Notes: generated from the sequence alone by a model not told the origin. Shown: positions 12,365 to 26,585, numbered from the stretch's first letter. The stretch: DNA of 64,000 nt from Chiloscyllium plagiosum (GCF_004010195.1 NC_057719.1:76552849-76616848), one strand, 5' to 3'. Translations and numbers: made by a program.

Positions 12365-12650
12365 AGGGCAATTTGTTTAAGGTGAGAGGGGAAAGATTTA
12401 AGAAAGAAACTAAGGAACAACATTTTCATACAGAGGACAGTGCATCTATAGAACCAGCTACCAGGAGAAATGGTGAAGGCTGGTACAGTAACAATTTAAA
12501 AGGCATCTGAATGGGTACATGAATACGAAGGGTTTAGGTGGACATGGGCCAAGTGCTGGCAAGTGGGACTAGATTGTTAAGGATATCTGATTGGCATGAA
12601 CGAGTTGGACTGAAGGGCCCATTTTTGTGCTGTATATCTCTATGACTCTC
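12365..12650 (+). mobile_element. HER1/CR1 LINE 3' fragment
   Basis: tttaaggtgagaggggaaagattta...gttggactgaagggcc...tctctatgactct terminus. Confidence 0.85.
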
Positions 12651-13397
12651 CAACATTATTGAAGAGTCCACCCAGCACAGCACTCCACAATGCACAGAAA
12701 CTGATTTGAAACGTTGCCTTCCATTGTAACGGGGACCATCGTGGTCTCGCGTTGGTGTAGAGTTTCTTATTGTTGCATTCAGGCTAGCGTCTGGCAGAGG
12801 TCAGAGAAGGGCAGAAAAGGGATCTGTCTGTTTCATGCAAAGGACTACTTCAAAAGCTTACTTCAAAATGAAGTCGAACCAGCCTTAAATTAGTTTTCTT
12901 TTAAAGTTTGTTCATGAAGTGTACGTGTTGCTGGCTAAGAGGACATCTAAAAGTCGATCGCACTAAAATGTATCTGGAGTCACATGGATCAGATCACAAT
13001 TACAGATTTCCTTCTCTAAATGGTAATCAGATTGTTGTAAAAATCAATCAACAATTGCCATTGTTTGGCAAGTTATGACAGACTGTTTCTTAATTGACTT
13101 CATGTTTCACCCTCTGCTATGGTAGGATTTGAACTCATGTCCTCAGAATGCAAGTTCTAGACTGCTGGTTCAGTGGCATAATAACCTATCTCTCCTAATA
13201 CTGTGGTATGTTTATACGTGACCATCTCCCTGCCACATGTGGGAACCTCTGGGTGAAATTTCACAATTTATTAAAGAGGAGGAGTGGCTGAAGCTGCAAG
13301 GAGTTTTTAATATTTTACTCAAACTTATTTTAAAAGTATTCTATTCAGTAGCTTAATCTAATAGTATAATGAGCAGTGAGTAAACTGACTGTAAAGG

Positions 13398-13601
13398 TTA
13401 GTGATTTTTGAGAAGATTTGTAGCTTAGGTTGATGATAAGTATGTAAGCTTGCTGAGCTTGAAGGTTTGTTTTCAAACATTTTGTCACCATACTAGGTAA
13501 CATACCACCAGCGCTTCACCAGAGAATCACTGATTATGTTACTTAGTACGTTAATGAAACATCTGAAAACAAACCTTCAAGCTCAGCGAGCTAACTTACA
13601 T
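13398..13601 (+). mobile_element. PLE pLTR fold-back insertion, second family (decayed)
   Basis: Inverted arms about 13440-13503 and 13536-13603; TSD actgactgtaaagg (13384-13397) / actgattgtaaagg (13602-13615); decayed hammerhead-like ctgattatgttac...gaaacatc. Confidence 0.75.
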
Positions 13602-14337
13602 ACTGATTGTAAAGGCTTGTTGCAAAGATTAAAAAGAAACTTCAATAATTCTACATTATTAATGCAAAAATTAAAGAAATGATATCCTTCCGTCCATCCA
13701 GTTGCTGCACACACCATGACTAATCTGCATTACCATGGATCCGCATCCAGCTTAACACATTTTTGTTGTTCACTTCTTTTCTCTTTATGTTCTTTTCTCT
13801 TGGCTAATTATTCTCACACGTGTGTGCACACACCAGATTTAACATGGACCAGGTACCCCTCCCAGGCAGGCAGATATATGCAGCTTAGTGGGAACATTGC
13901 CATGAACTCCAAACAACTAACAAGGAAGATTCCTGTAAAATTTCCATGTGACACTCTAAGGTAATTGGGCAAATCTTCAGATTACCATTCCTCTTTATTG
14001 AGTCCTCAGAAGATTAAATTCCATTGCTGTCTTGTGGCCTCAGCAGTGTGGAAGCCACTACAGTGCTCCCTTTGAATATTGATCATCCCAGTCTGTATTG
14101 GAGTCTCAATACTTATCCTACTAATCTTGTACTACTTGTTAAAGTTTCTGAATACTTCCTGTCAGCAACTTCATATTGACCCTGACTCTCATTATGAACA
14201 CATGTCATTTATCCTCCCCAGTGGAATGTAGTACATTAACACTGACGTCAATATGTCATGTCCAGTTTTTAGGTGACTTGGAATGATATTGAGAGGGAAA
14301 AGTAATAAGAATACTGTTTCAGTAAAAGGCAGTATAG

Positions 14338-14455
14338 TGCGGATGCTGGAATTCTGAAATAATCACAGTGCTGGAGTAACTCAGCAGGTCTGGCAGCACC
14401 TATGGAGAGAGAAAAAGAGTTAACATTTTGAATTTGGTGTGACTCTTCTTCAGGA
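14338..14455 (-). mobile_element. Old PLE pLTR fragment
   Basis: gatgctgga...ctcagcaggtctggcagca...gactcttcttcagga; similar pieces at about 17500-17830, 38140-38230 and 48455-48600. Confidence 0.65.
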
Positions 14456-15624
14456 CAGACAAGGAATTATGTTTTGCAGGCTTTTTGGATGGGCCAGAGT
14501 TGGCCAAGTCCACAAATCACATTCACTCACAATGTATTTTGCAGTGCAGGAAAAATAAAGTTGTTTAACCCAACACAAGCATTGATTGTGATCAACAATA
14601 AGTGACCTGGCTGTTTTATAAAAGCTGGATGTTGCGTAATTGCTTTTAGAGATGATTTATCTACACCTGAGTTTGCCCTTGCTGCTGTCAGTGTTAAAAG
14701 TCAGTGTCTTGATACTAGCTTCAGTAAAACTAGCTTTTCAAGCCAGGCAACACGTTACATCCTCACTCTACACTCACAGGAAAAGGTATTTAAATTGAAT
14801 ACTTACTAAACCCTACTTTGAACAGCAGCAATCTGCTCAAAGTTGGTTTACATTTATATTTGACCACACCTTCCTCCTGAAGATGAGACAGGAAAGGTAA
14901 AATGAAGACAGGGAATATGGTGAAATATAAATATGATCCTTCACCACCGTCATCACAACTCCTCTCACATTTTGTTCTCCATCATCATCTTCTCTTTCAT
15001 CACCACCTTCTCTCCATCATGTCTCCGTTGACAGCATCCCCTTCTCTGTGTAACCTTCAGACAAAGTGCCATTATCATTCACGAATGCTTCAGACTGGGA
15101 CAGGCAGTCCAAGGAGACTTTGTGGGGCAGCTGAAGGAATTCAGCTATGGCAGGCCATGCCATTTATAGTACCCTTGCAAGTGGTCTCACTCTTCTCTCA
15201 TGGTATCGGCAAGAAATCAGCATTCATTATTCAATCCTGCAAGCAGCAAATTAATTGTTCTTTGTCACTGTTACAATGAATTATCCATTGATAAATTCTG
15301 CAGCTAGAATTGGGAGTCAAGAAGATTTTTATATCCATTAGTACTAGTTTGTGCTTTTACAAGATACTCTGGATAGGAAGCCACATTAGATATAGATTAA
15401 ACATTCAGGCATGTTAAGCTTCTACATTAGGAACAGTATATACTTCATATCTACTCGGAAATAGTGAATGTACATTTCTTTCAATCGTGGTGTTTTCCCA
15501 TCAAAATGTGCCATCTCACAAGGTATTTGCTGGGACACATACACCCTGAACCATTACCAGTTTGGTGGTTATTTGAAGTTTCTGTGGCTTTTAATGTTTG
15601 ATACAGAAGCAATGTGATCATGGG

Positions 15625-15940
15625 GGTGGCCCAGTGGCTCAGTGGTTAGCACTGCTGTCTCTCAGCACCAGGGACTCGGGTTCAATTCCAGCCTCAGGCG
15701 ACTGTCTGTGTGGAGTTTGCACATTCTCCCTGTCTCTGTGTGGGTTTCCTCCGGGTGCTCCGGTTTCCTCCCACAATCCAAAGATGTCCAGGTCAGGTGA
15801 ATTGGCCGTGCTAAATTGCCGACAGTGATAGGGGTGAATATAGGGTAACGGAATGGGTCTGGGTGGGTTACTCTTCGGCGGGTTGGTGTGGACTAATTGG
15901 GCCAAAGGGCCTGTTTCCATACTGTAGGGAATCTAATCTT
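15625..15940 (+). mobile_element. Full-length HE1 V-SINE
   Basis: tRNA-derived A/B boxes (tggctcagtggttag, ggttcaattcc), V-domain, HER1-like tail gggcctgtttccatactgtagggaatct. Confidence 0.92.
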
Positions 15941-18900
15941 AAAAAAAGTCCAACATAAAGTTGGTTTAGGCCTGTGAATGTAAAAATGTTCAAACTGAGA
16001 GTTTGCATATGTAAGTGCCTCAGTTGTATGACAGCCATTGTCAGAAATGCTCCAAAATTAGTGTTTCAACAAATTTTAGGACAAATTATTGTCAGGGATA
16101 TTCCCAACACATTGCCATCAATAGAATGTGCTTTATTTTAAACATTTAGAGCAGGGCTTCCCAAAGTGGTACCATGAGCTAAAATCTTGAGGTCCCAAAC
16201 TAAGACAGTAATGGCCATTATGAGCTTTACTGTTGTAACCACTGAGCTTCTAATGGTGTCACAGTGGGATAACATTTCAGTGTTTAATTTCCAGAACATG
16301 CTGGTTAAACAAATTAACTTTAAATTCCTCTGTGTGCCATTTTAAACACGCAGTCATTTAGATTTTTTTTAAAAAAGTGAACATTGAAATGTGTACAGAA
16401 AGAGATTTAAAGTTGAAATGTTAAATCAATGCACTAAGAATAACAAGCAGTGTAATTAAGTACCACACAGTGTGATTACCTAATTAAGAGCCATTTCAAA
16501 AACACCAGACGCAGGCCACACTCGACAAAACAGTGTTTCTTACAAAGACGTTAAGGTGCTTCTTGAATAGGTTGGGTGGAATTTGGTGAATATGGGGGCA
16601 TTCAAGAAGATGGGGCCGATAAATGAAGGCCAACCTTTCTCAACAGTGAGCAAGACTCTGGGCAATGTCTTGCAGCTAATTAATCATGAAGTCCCAGGAG
16701 CTTCACATTGAGGAGAAGGATGCAGCATTGGATGCGAATCCTCCCAGAACCAGAGCTAATGCACCATGGAGAAACATCACTCCAACGTTCATGATATCTC
16801 TCAGTCTCTCAGACATCTATCAGACTTCAGTTAAATCAAGGCATTTGGTGTGGATTTGGTGCTATTGAAACTTTAGCCTGGATAAATTAAACTGATTCTT
16901 TGTCAGAGCAGGCTCAAAGAGCTGCATTATCAACTCCAGATCCCCTTCTTTATGTCCCTCTGTTATAAAATTCAACTATTTGCCTTTCTGTACTGTTCTA
17001 TAACTTAAGATGGGCACCTTTCAAGATAGACCTATTAGAGCCCTCTGTGCTTTCTGCTTGACATGCAGGTTCTGCAAGTTAAATAAGTGAATAAAGATAG
17101 AATGCAGTTTGTTAAATCATTGGAAACGTTGTAAGTAGGTCCTTTTAAATGATACCATGGTGTCCAACAGTTCAAAATATGCTGTGGCTTTTATCACCAG
17201 GATTTCAGCAAGTATAAGTTTGGCAAATTTTTATTAGTGTCTTCTAATAACTCAAACTATTTCTCTTGGCTTTTTCAATGCACTTTTTCATCCCAAGTCT
17301 AATGGCTTATGTATTAGAAGAAGAGGTTTCAGTTGATGTGTTTACTTGGGCACAGTGAATGAGAGGCCTTACCTACACTTACATATGTCATCTGTGAATC
17401 AGGAGAGCTCCCAGTAGTCCAGCACTTTAAAAAGCCCATTGACAGCAGACCAATTTGACAGAAAGTCAGACAGATTAGTTGTGAGAGATATTTGGAGAAA
17501 CTCCACTTTCTCTTTACAGATGCTGCTGAACCTGCTGAGCTAATATTTCGGGTCCAGTGACCCTTCTTTGGAACGCACACAGGCCGAGATATCAATGCTA
17601 AAGATTTTTGAAACCGTTAACTCATTTTCCGCAGGGAGTCTTTCAAACAACTTGTTTTCACCTCCTTTTGAAAGAGATGCACAAAATGTTGAAAATACTC
17701 AACAGGCTAGGCAGTGCCTTTGGAGAGGAACAGAGTTAGTCTTTTAGGTCAATGATCTTTTGTCAGGACACTCCTTTTTGAGCTCACTTGTCTCATGACA
17801 TGCTGCTGAATTCTTCCTCCACTGACTGTCTTTCTCTTCCCCCAACACTCCCACATATAAAAGCTGAAATCAAAAGTAAATATTTGTGTCACAATTTGGT
17901 CATTGCACTGAAACCTAAGAAGTGTTGGAAGAAAGGAGTGTGTGGATGTTGCTGTTACTTTTAACAGTGCCATCACATGAAGTACAATTTAAAATGTGTC
18001 TACATCCAAAGGCAAGGGAGATGTGAAAGGAGTGTCAGCCATGACCTTGACCACTTCCCTGCTCTTGCAAGTTGCAATTAAAAAAGGAGGAAAGATTTGC
18101 AATTATATAGCATCTTTCATGATCTCAGGATACCCCAAAGCACTTTGCACTTAATCATATCCTCTTGACATGTATTCACTGCTATAACATAGCAAATGTA
18201 TCAACCAATTTGCATGTAGCAAGCTCCCACAGGCAGCAAAGAGGCAAATGGCCAGATAATGTGGGTTTTTCTTAAAAAGATGGTGTTGATTGAAAGTTCA
18301 GCAGAGGCTTTGGGGCAGGTATTCAGTCTGTCCTGTTTAACCAGGGAATGCTAGGTATCAGGAAAGGAGACAATATTTACTTTTGATTCAGCTTTTGCAA
18401 ACTTTTTTTTAATTCATGGAAACAAATGCTGAAAATAAAATTTAAAAAAAGAAGGGGAAGTCACTTGAATGACTTTGGGCAGATTTGGTAAATTGCAGGC
18501 AAGTTCCATCACCAGGGTAACAAAGGAGAGACAAGCCTCACTTAAGGTGATGGGCCCTTGGGGTGGGGTCGGGCAGGCGGGGAATGGGTGATGATTAGGG
18601 GTGAGGGGAATGGCGATGAGACAGTTAGCAGCGTCTGCTGGTGGTGACCATCGCTCAGGCTGTAGTTCCTGGGGAAACACACCTCAACAGCAAAAGTTGG
18701 TGAAATCTTGTTTTAGGCAGCCAGGTTTAAAAACAAAATCGGTGGAAGGAGGAAAATTCGTTGCTGCGAAAATAACTTTTGGGTGGCCCATATAAGAATG
18801 CAAGTTAGGGAGGCTCTCACCACCCCTTGAAACACATTGGTAGGCTTTACAGGGCTGTAGATCCTCCTATGGTGCAGAAGATACCAAGGGAGGCAGGGGG

Positions 18901-20777
18901 TGGGACTAAAACGTTCACCTAAGTGACTCAGTTGGCTTCCACATGTCTGAAGCACTAACTTTCCTGACAGTGGTAATATGGGCAAGGCAGTGGGAAGACA
19001 ATTGGAGAAAAAAACCAGTACAACTCTCGAATGACGCATCCTGGTCCGATGCGTTTTTCATACCTCAGACCAGTACAACCAGGTCGTTCATTTCCAAGTA
19101 TTACTGTTTTTGTTGCTGTTCGAATTTCCATCTGGATTCCCATTTTGCTAGGCCTCCTGTCTCCCAGCCTGCCCCTAAAGGATCTGGAAAATTCCAAGCT
19201 CAAGGCTGTCAGTGGCAGAATAGGCAAAGTTAGGCAATTGCCTCAGTTGTGTCCCCATTAGCAGAGTAGGTGGTACCTCAGCAAAGGTATTGCTGTTTTC
19301 AGAAATACTGTCTGCTGTGGTACACTTTGAGTGTTGCGATTTGTACAAGTGAGTGCCTAATTTACATAACCGGAGACAGTGGACTATTAATTCAGGGCCA
19401 GTCTTAAAACAACTACTGGCTTTAAAAAAACTAAAGCTTATAATTTAGTTATACGATGTATTATTTAATATGCAAATATTTTGCAAGTTTGTAAAAATAC
19501 CGAATGTGCGAGAATTTTGGGGTATGGGGGCTTTGTATGGATAAGATTGTGTTATGGAGAAAACCAAACTGTTTGCTGTAAATTTGGATGGTCTGGCAGC
19601 ACTAATTTATTAAAATAAAGAACTGACTGTGCAAAAGAAACCAATTTGAGGACAATCTCATATTTCAGTGTTGACTACTTCTCGTTGCTTTTCAAAAGAA
19701 AAAAATTAAAATTCCAGCCTTCTTCCCAAAGCTTGCTGCAGTTTCTTGGCCACAGTTCCATCCAGGCTGAATTGCTCCTGAAACCCCTATCCACAAGGTA
19801 TTGCAGCTCCGTCAGCAAGTCCTGCTGCAGAGAACCCGAAGGGAGTCAAAGCAATAATGAAACGCATGCATCAGCCACTGCAGCTAGAAGCTGAAACCAC
19901 TCACTGGTTATGTCAGCACAGAAAATGATTAATAACCCTGTCCATATTGCTCAGTCATGTGATTTACTGTCTTAGGAAGTTTCAAAAATATACTCCCTTC
20001 AGATAATATTACAGATTAAGTCAACAGATACTACATATATTTTCATTGTGTTTTATATGAAAGGATGACTGAGTGTAACAGTGTTACATCCCGATAAATG
20101 ACCTTTAAAATTTCACACTACGCTGTATCTCTACACATTCCATAACATGTTGTTTGTCCAAACTGTGGATTTGGACATGTAGTAACAAAGATACACACTT
20201 ATTCACTCTTTGACTGGTATACTATAGTAACACAATTGGAAATACTTTGGAGATTTTGAAATTCTATGCTTGGCCCAGATATCTGGCATTTTGTGGTTTC
20301 TGCTAGAGATATTTTTAAAAAAAGACATACATCATCTCATGTTTGCATAGTTTATATTCCATCACAGGAGAATATTGCTCCAAATCATTGAATTCTCATT
20401 TGATGCTCATTTGAAAGCTTCCATCATTGGTAGCCCTCTAGGTAACAGTTAAGCTAACAGTTTGCATGTTAATCCCTCAGAGTAGAAAATAGTTAATCAC
20501 AAAGAACAACAAGATTAACTTTCTTCTTTTCTCTTGTCTAGATTCTGCCATTATAAATGCAGAGATGTGTATTTTCTCTACACCGCCAATCCTCCACTAC
20601 CTCATTGAACAGTTAGTCCCAAACTACCAACTTCCTCCATCTGACTCACTTTGTACACCCCTTGAAGGCCTCGTTTTAATCTACTCACCTCCTTGGAAAC
20701 ATCTCATCTGTTTAACGTGCATAAGATCTGTGTTATATATTTTGATGTTGGAGACTTTTTAAAATCTAAAAACATCT

Positions 20778-21115
20778 AGTCATAGAAGCGTACAGCACAG
20801 AAACAGACCCTTCGCTCCAAGTTGTCCATGCTGATCAGATATCCTAAATTAATCTCGTCCCATTTGCCAGCATCTGGCCCATATCCCAGTAAACCCTTCC
20901 TGTTTATGTACTCATCCAGATGCCTTTTAAAATGTTGTAATTGTATCAGCTGCCACCACTTCCTCTGGCAGCCCTTTCCGTACACTCACTATCCTCTGTG
21001 TGAAAAAGCTGCCCCTTAGGTCCCTTTTAAATCTTTCCCCTATCACCTGAAACATATACCATCTAGTTTTGGACTCCCACACCCTGGGGAAAAGATCTTG
21101 ACAATTCACAATATC
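20778..21115 (-). mobile_element. HER1/CR1 LINE 3' fragment
   Basis: Reverse complement of the 26070-26585 type; minus ORF contains GERFKRDLRGSFFTQRIV. Confidence 0.9.
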
Positions 21116-21799
21116 CTTTGTAGCCTAGACCATGTGTAAGGGCGACTTAATAGATGGGTTAAGCACCACATCATTCATTGGTAGATTCCCTTTGGTTCAT
21201 TATATCAATAATGATCCGGAATAGAAATTCTCACACTTCAAGAGGTAAATTGTAGTTCTAGAGAAGGCATAGAAGAGTTCATCTATTACATTCCCCAGCT
21301 CAAGAGTAGTCAGACATGAAGGCTGGCATCATGACCTCACCATTATACACTCTCCTTTTTGCTCACCACAGCTTCTATGTGTTCTCTCACTGATTGCCAA
21401 CTCCACCATCCCAACCTCCCACAGATGATCAAAGCATCCCTTTTCCTTCTCAAGTTTTAGTCTTCAGACTGATCTTTCCAAGGATTGTCCCCAAACCTTC
21501 CAGCTACTGAGAGGGGCAATAAGAGAAAAATGTATTCGGTTTTGGTGCTGATTTTGGTGGCAGCTGGTTTTGGTGGCAACTCTGCCCCAGGTCTTCCCTA
21601 GTTTCGCCCTCACACAATCACACTCCACAAATGCTCTCCATAAATATTGTGACTTGGTTTCACTAGCAAGGTGAAAACTGAAGGCAGCTTTTTCACAAAA
21701 TTGTACTATTTCATCTAGGAATGACAGTTTAAGGCACTATTAAATCTTCGTTTGAGATGATGTAGCAAGCGAATTAGATCTGATCCATACAAAAACATA

Positions 21800-22452
21800 A
21801 TAAGATGAGAAATAGAGGCAGGAATAAACCATTTGGACCCCCTACACCTTGCTGCATTATCCAATTCAGTCATGGCTGTTCTGATGTCTCAACATCATTT
21901 TCCTGTCCACACCCCACACCCCTTTGTTCCCTAAGACATCAAAAATCTGTCTACCTCAGCCTTAAAACATTCAACAATGGAGCATCCACAATCCCTTGGA
22001 GTACAGAATTCCAATGATTCAGAACCCTTTGACTGAAGAAATGTTAAATGAAGATAAGCTTCAAGTAAATATTAAATGAAGAGCCCCTAACCTAGTGAAC
22101 TAACCCACCCTGATATTATCAATACCCCAGCCGGTAGAGATGGCTTGTCAGACTCTACCCTGTCAAGTCTTGTCAGAGTCTTGACTGTTTCAATGAGATC
22201 TCTGAATATAGACACCCCCCCCCCTGCCCCCACCAACCCAGCTCATTTACTCAACCTCTCATCTTAGGACAACTCTCTTCCCCAGAACTGGGTGAGCCCT
22301 CACTGATCCACATCCACTCCAAGCATATCCTTCCTTAGGCATGGAGTTACAACGATGCACGGCATTCCAGGTGCGGTCTCACCGAAGTCCAGAACAACTG
22401 TAGTGAGAATTCCTTCTTCTTCCACTTCAAAACTATTGCAAAAAAGGCCAAT
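21800..22452 (-). mobile_element. Decayed CR1-group LINE 3' fragment
   Basis: Similar to 994-1400; contains gcatatccttccttagg...cacggcattccaggtgcggtctcacc (reverse complement of the CR1 VRPHLEYCVQFW region). Confidence 0.7.
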
Positions 22453-22504
22453 GTATGAAGTGAGAAAGCAGGGTGTAATTTTCAGAAGGTTATGCTTTTC
22501 TCAG

Positions 22505-22773
22505 GAAGTGACCACACTGTGGAAGAGGATTCTGAAGCTGATAATGAGAATTGTCTCCTTCAAGCAGATGCATGTGGATGTTGGAGTCCAAAAGGTGAAA
22601 CATTATAGTTTATAAATTAGATCGCATTACAACTGGACTACAGTAAATAGGAAAAGTTTTATTTTTTCTTATTTTTAACAGGAAAAATTAAGGCTGAAAT
22701 AAAGAAAGATTTACTTCCTATGAAAGCCACAAGAACCTCGAGCTATATTTGCAGTGCAGTGATAGTATTATAA
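22505..22773 (+). other. Candidate pair of spliced exons (22505-22594 and 22682-22773), unidentified
   Basis: Acceptor tatgcttttctcag, 90-bp exon, donor AAG|gtgaaa, 87-bp intron, strong acceptor ttattttttcttatttttaacag; the phase-1 frame stays open across the junction; no homology recognised. Confidence 0.25.
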
Positions 22774-23439
22774 TGGTCTTACGCAGTATGTTCTTTTATG
22801 TCCTTAATGCCTTATTTCATACTGGGATGATCTGTTGCATCACCTAAAGATCTCTCTTTTTTTTCTTCTAAGGCTGTTACTTACCGATCAACCTTGTATT
22901 TCAAATATCTGTTAGTTTCTTCCTCCCTCTCATCAAGCAGCATTATTATCACCCCTGCAGACTAACACACTTGTTTGGCTTTCAGGTTGAGTTTCTCAAG
23001 GAAGACTTTTGTCAGAGCACTAACATGCCTTTGGATCAATGCTGACCACCTTAATGAGTATTTCAAAAAAAATTGTCCTGTTCTTGTTTGAGAATAACTG
23101 ACATTTATGCAGGTGACCATGAACAAGGGCAAGAAACAATCCGGAAATAAAAATAGCATTTTGGAGGAAGGGCAATTTAAGTGAGGTTAAGAATGAACCT
23201 TTTCTGGTAAACTGGCATCAAGGACTGAGTAGTTAAACTGTAACGGAACAATGGGCCAATCTTGAAGAGGACATGATTTGTGTTCGGTCCAGGGTACATT
23301 CCCATTGAAGGAGAAAGAAGGTAACCAGGCCTGAGCTCTGTGGATGATCAGAGATAGTAATTCACAGCAGGAAACCAGGATGTACCATAGACCCAGCAGA
23401 GTCCAAACACCAACAACCAAATTACTAAACCTTTTCTGA

Positions 23440-25010
23440 CTCTCTACAAAGTCTTCACATATTCTCCTTAAACATTGGTGCCCAGAGTGGCACACCACTG
23501 GTCACAGGCCTCCAGTCTGAAAAGCATCCCTCCACCACCACCCTCTGTCTTCTACCTTTGAGCCAGTTCTGTATCCAAATGGCTAGTTCTCCCTGTATTC
23601 CATGAGATATAACCTTGCTAACTAGCCTCCCATGAGGAACCTTGTTGAACGCCTTACTAAAGTCCATATAGATCATGTCTATGCTCTGCCCTCATCAATC
23701 CTCTTTGTTATTCTTCCCCAGCAATCACTTCCCTAGCTTCCAACATGGTTCTAGGGTACAACTGATCAGGTTCTGGGGATCTATCCACCTTTATGTGTTT
23801 CAAGTCATCTGGCACCCTCTCCTGCAATATGGGCATTTTTCAAGATGTCACCATCTATTTCCCCACATTCTATATCTTCTATGTCCTTCTCTACAGTAAA
23901 CACTGATGCAAAATACTTGTTTTATATCTCCCCCATCTCCTGAAGCTCCACACATGGGCTGCCTTGCTGATCTTGGAGGGGCCTTGTTCTCTCCCGAGTT
24001 CCGTTTTTGTCCTTAATATATTTATAAAATCCCTTTGGATTCTCCTTAACCCTATTTGCCAAAGCTGTCTCATGTCCCCTTTTTGCCCTCCTGATTTCCC
24101 TCTTAAGTATACTCCTACTGTATTTTTACTCTAAGGATACATTTGATCTCTCCAGTCTGTACCTGACATATGCTTCCTTCTTTTTCTGAACCAAAACTTC
24201 AATTTCTCAACTTCAACATCCAGCCTTTCCTTTCACCCTAACAGGAATATACTGACTCTGGACTCTTGTTATCTCATTTCTGAAGGCTTCCCATTTTCCA
24301 GCCGTCCCTTTACTTGCGAACATCTGTCCCCAATCAGCTTTTGAAAGTTCTTGCCTAAAACCATCAAATTGGCCTTTCTCCAATTTAGAACTTCAACTTT
24401 TAGATCCGGTCTATCCTTTTCCATCATTCTTTAAAACTAATAGAATTATGGTCGCTGGCCCCAAAGTGCTCCCCCACTGACACCTCAGTCACTTACCCTG
24501 CCTCGTTTCTCAAGAGTAGGGCAAGTTTTGCACCTTTTGTAGTAGGTACATCCACATACTGAATCAAAAAAAATTATTGTACACGCAACAAATTCCTCTC
24601 CATCTAATGGCAATCCCAGTGTATGTTTGGAAAGTTAAAATCCCCTACCATAACCACCCTATTATTCTTACAGATAACTGAGATCTCCTTACAAATTTGT
24701 TTCTCAATTTCCTGCTAACTATGCTATAATACAACCCATTACGGGTGACCATCCCTTTCTTATCTCTCAGTTCCACCCAAATAACTTCCCTGGATGTATT
24801 CCCAGGAATGTCCTCCCTAAGTACAGCAGTAATGCTATCCCTTATTAAAAAGGCCACTCCCTCTCCTCTCTGCCCCGCTTTCTGACTTCCTATAGCATCT
24901 GTATCCTGGAACACTAAGCTGCCAGTCCTGTCCATCCCTGAGCCATGTTTCTGTAATTGCTATGATATCCCAGTCCGATGTTCCTAACCATGCTCTGAGT
25001 TCGTATGTTA
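23440..25010 (-). mobile_element. CR1 LINE ORF2 fragment (endonuclease to RT), internally deleted
   Basis: Minus-strand peptides MDFSKAFNKVPHGRLVSKV...WIQNWLKGRRQRVVVEGCFSDWRPVTSGVP (RT) and GEGVAFLIRDSITAVLRED...EVIWVELRDKKG (APE endonuclease). Confidence 0.92.
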
Positions 25011-26069
25011 AGCTTCCAGAATGGTGACATCATGAGGTTTGCCATTTCTGCAGTCACCAGCCACCCATGATCAGCATGAAGAACTGCACTGTCAGATCTA
25101 GTTAAGAACCTTGACATTTATAGATGGTTTCACATCTCTCAGTTTCCACATTTGGCAACAAAACTGTGTGAAAATCAAGTGGAAAACATTGAAAACCAAA
25201 GACCCTTGGGTACATTTAGAGGATGGCAATTTCCACTTGGAACGTCATCGAAATTCAAGAAAACAAGATACTGACTAATAAAAGGATCCAGGTAAACTAA
25301 ATGACAATCCGCCTTGACCTACACAGTTCACCCCCCATAGGAGTTTTAGTGGAAGTGCATTAAACTATTTTCGATGTGGTTTGCTCCCCAGGAACTAGAT
25401 GCCGTCTACTCAAAATTCTCTTGTTCTGCCTGACGCAGTTTCCATCCTAATTTCACATATTGCTTTCCATAAAAAACTACCAATGGACTTGTGAATGCTT
25501 TGGATCTAACAATATTTTCCCACAAACTCTGAATAAACATGGATAGTAATACATCTAAGAAGAATTTATTGAAGTGTGGTTCTTGGATATGCTCTATGTG
25601 TGGAATTTACTTGAAGGACTACCCATCATACACATTAGCAACAATGTTCTGAATGTTGCATGATGGCAAATGCATGAGCCATATGGTACATACATCACAA
25701 GTGGGACAAGTGAGGTGCGCAAATCATAGGACCCTTCAAGACCAGATATAATTTGGATAATTTCAGGTCAGATTTAAGGGGAATTTTTTAACCAATCGAA
25801 CTATCTGAAGAAATGCAATAATTTATTGACAGTGTGGGATCGTGTTCAAATAATGACCGAAATCGGTGGTGGCAAAAATGCCTCTTTTATTCAGCAATTA
25901 TAGCACATTCCGAGGCAGCAATAGAATCCCAAAATACTGTCCTTACAAGAGCCCCTTTATACACAGTTCTTACTATATTAAAATTCCACTACTATGGTGT
26001 TACATTTTTTATCTCTAGTACACAAAGGTTTGAAGGACTTCTGTCCTGGGAGACAGGAGATGGGTTAAA

Positions 26070-26585
26070 ACACCTATCGGAAGGATGTTGTGAAACTTGA
26101 AAGGGTTCAGAAAAGATTTACAAGGATGTTGCCAGGGTTGGAGGATTTGAGCTATAGGGAGAAGTTGAATAGGCTGGGGCTGTTTTCCCTGTAGCGTCGG
26201 AGACTGAGAGGTGAGCTTTATAAAATCATGACGGGAATGGATAGGGTGAATAGACAAGGTCTTTTCCCTGGCGTGGGGGAGTCCAGGACTAGAGGGCATA
26301 GGTTTAGGGTGAGAGGGGAAAGATATAAAAGAGACCTAAGGGGCAACTTTTTCATGCAGAGGGTGGAGTGTGTGTGGAATGGGCTGCCAGAAGAAGTGGT
26401 GGAGGCTGGTACAATTGCAACATTTAAAAGGCATCTGGACAGATATGTGAATAGGAAGGGTTTGGAGGGATATGGGCCGGGTGCTGACAGGTGGGACTAG
26501 ATTGGGTTGGGATATCTGTTCGGCATGGACAGGTTGGACCGAAGGGTCTGTTTCCATGCTGTACTTCTCTATGACTCTATGACTA
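26070..26585 (+). mobile_element. Young HER1/CR1 LINE 3' fragment
   Basis: ORF ...GLFPGVGESRTRGHRFRVRGERYKRDLRGNFF...WNGLPEEVVEAGTIATFKRHLD; terminal (tctatgac)n repeats. Confidence 0.93.

Noticed and set aside
14902..15279. His-rich 125-aa ORF
   Set aside because: Derived from low-complexity (cat/cac/tct) sequence; no splice or homology support
15625..15700. tRNA gene-like A/B boxes (also at 35160, 47040, 55500, 58690)
   Set aside because: These are heads of HE1 SINEs continuing into the V-domain, not cloverleaf tRNA genes
16145..16200. cagggcttcccaaa resembling a hAT-Charlie TIR
   Set aside because: No matching opposite TIR or 8-bp TSD found by eye
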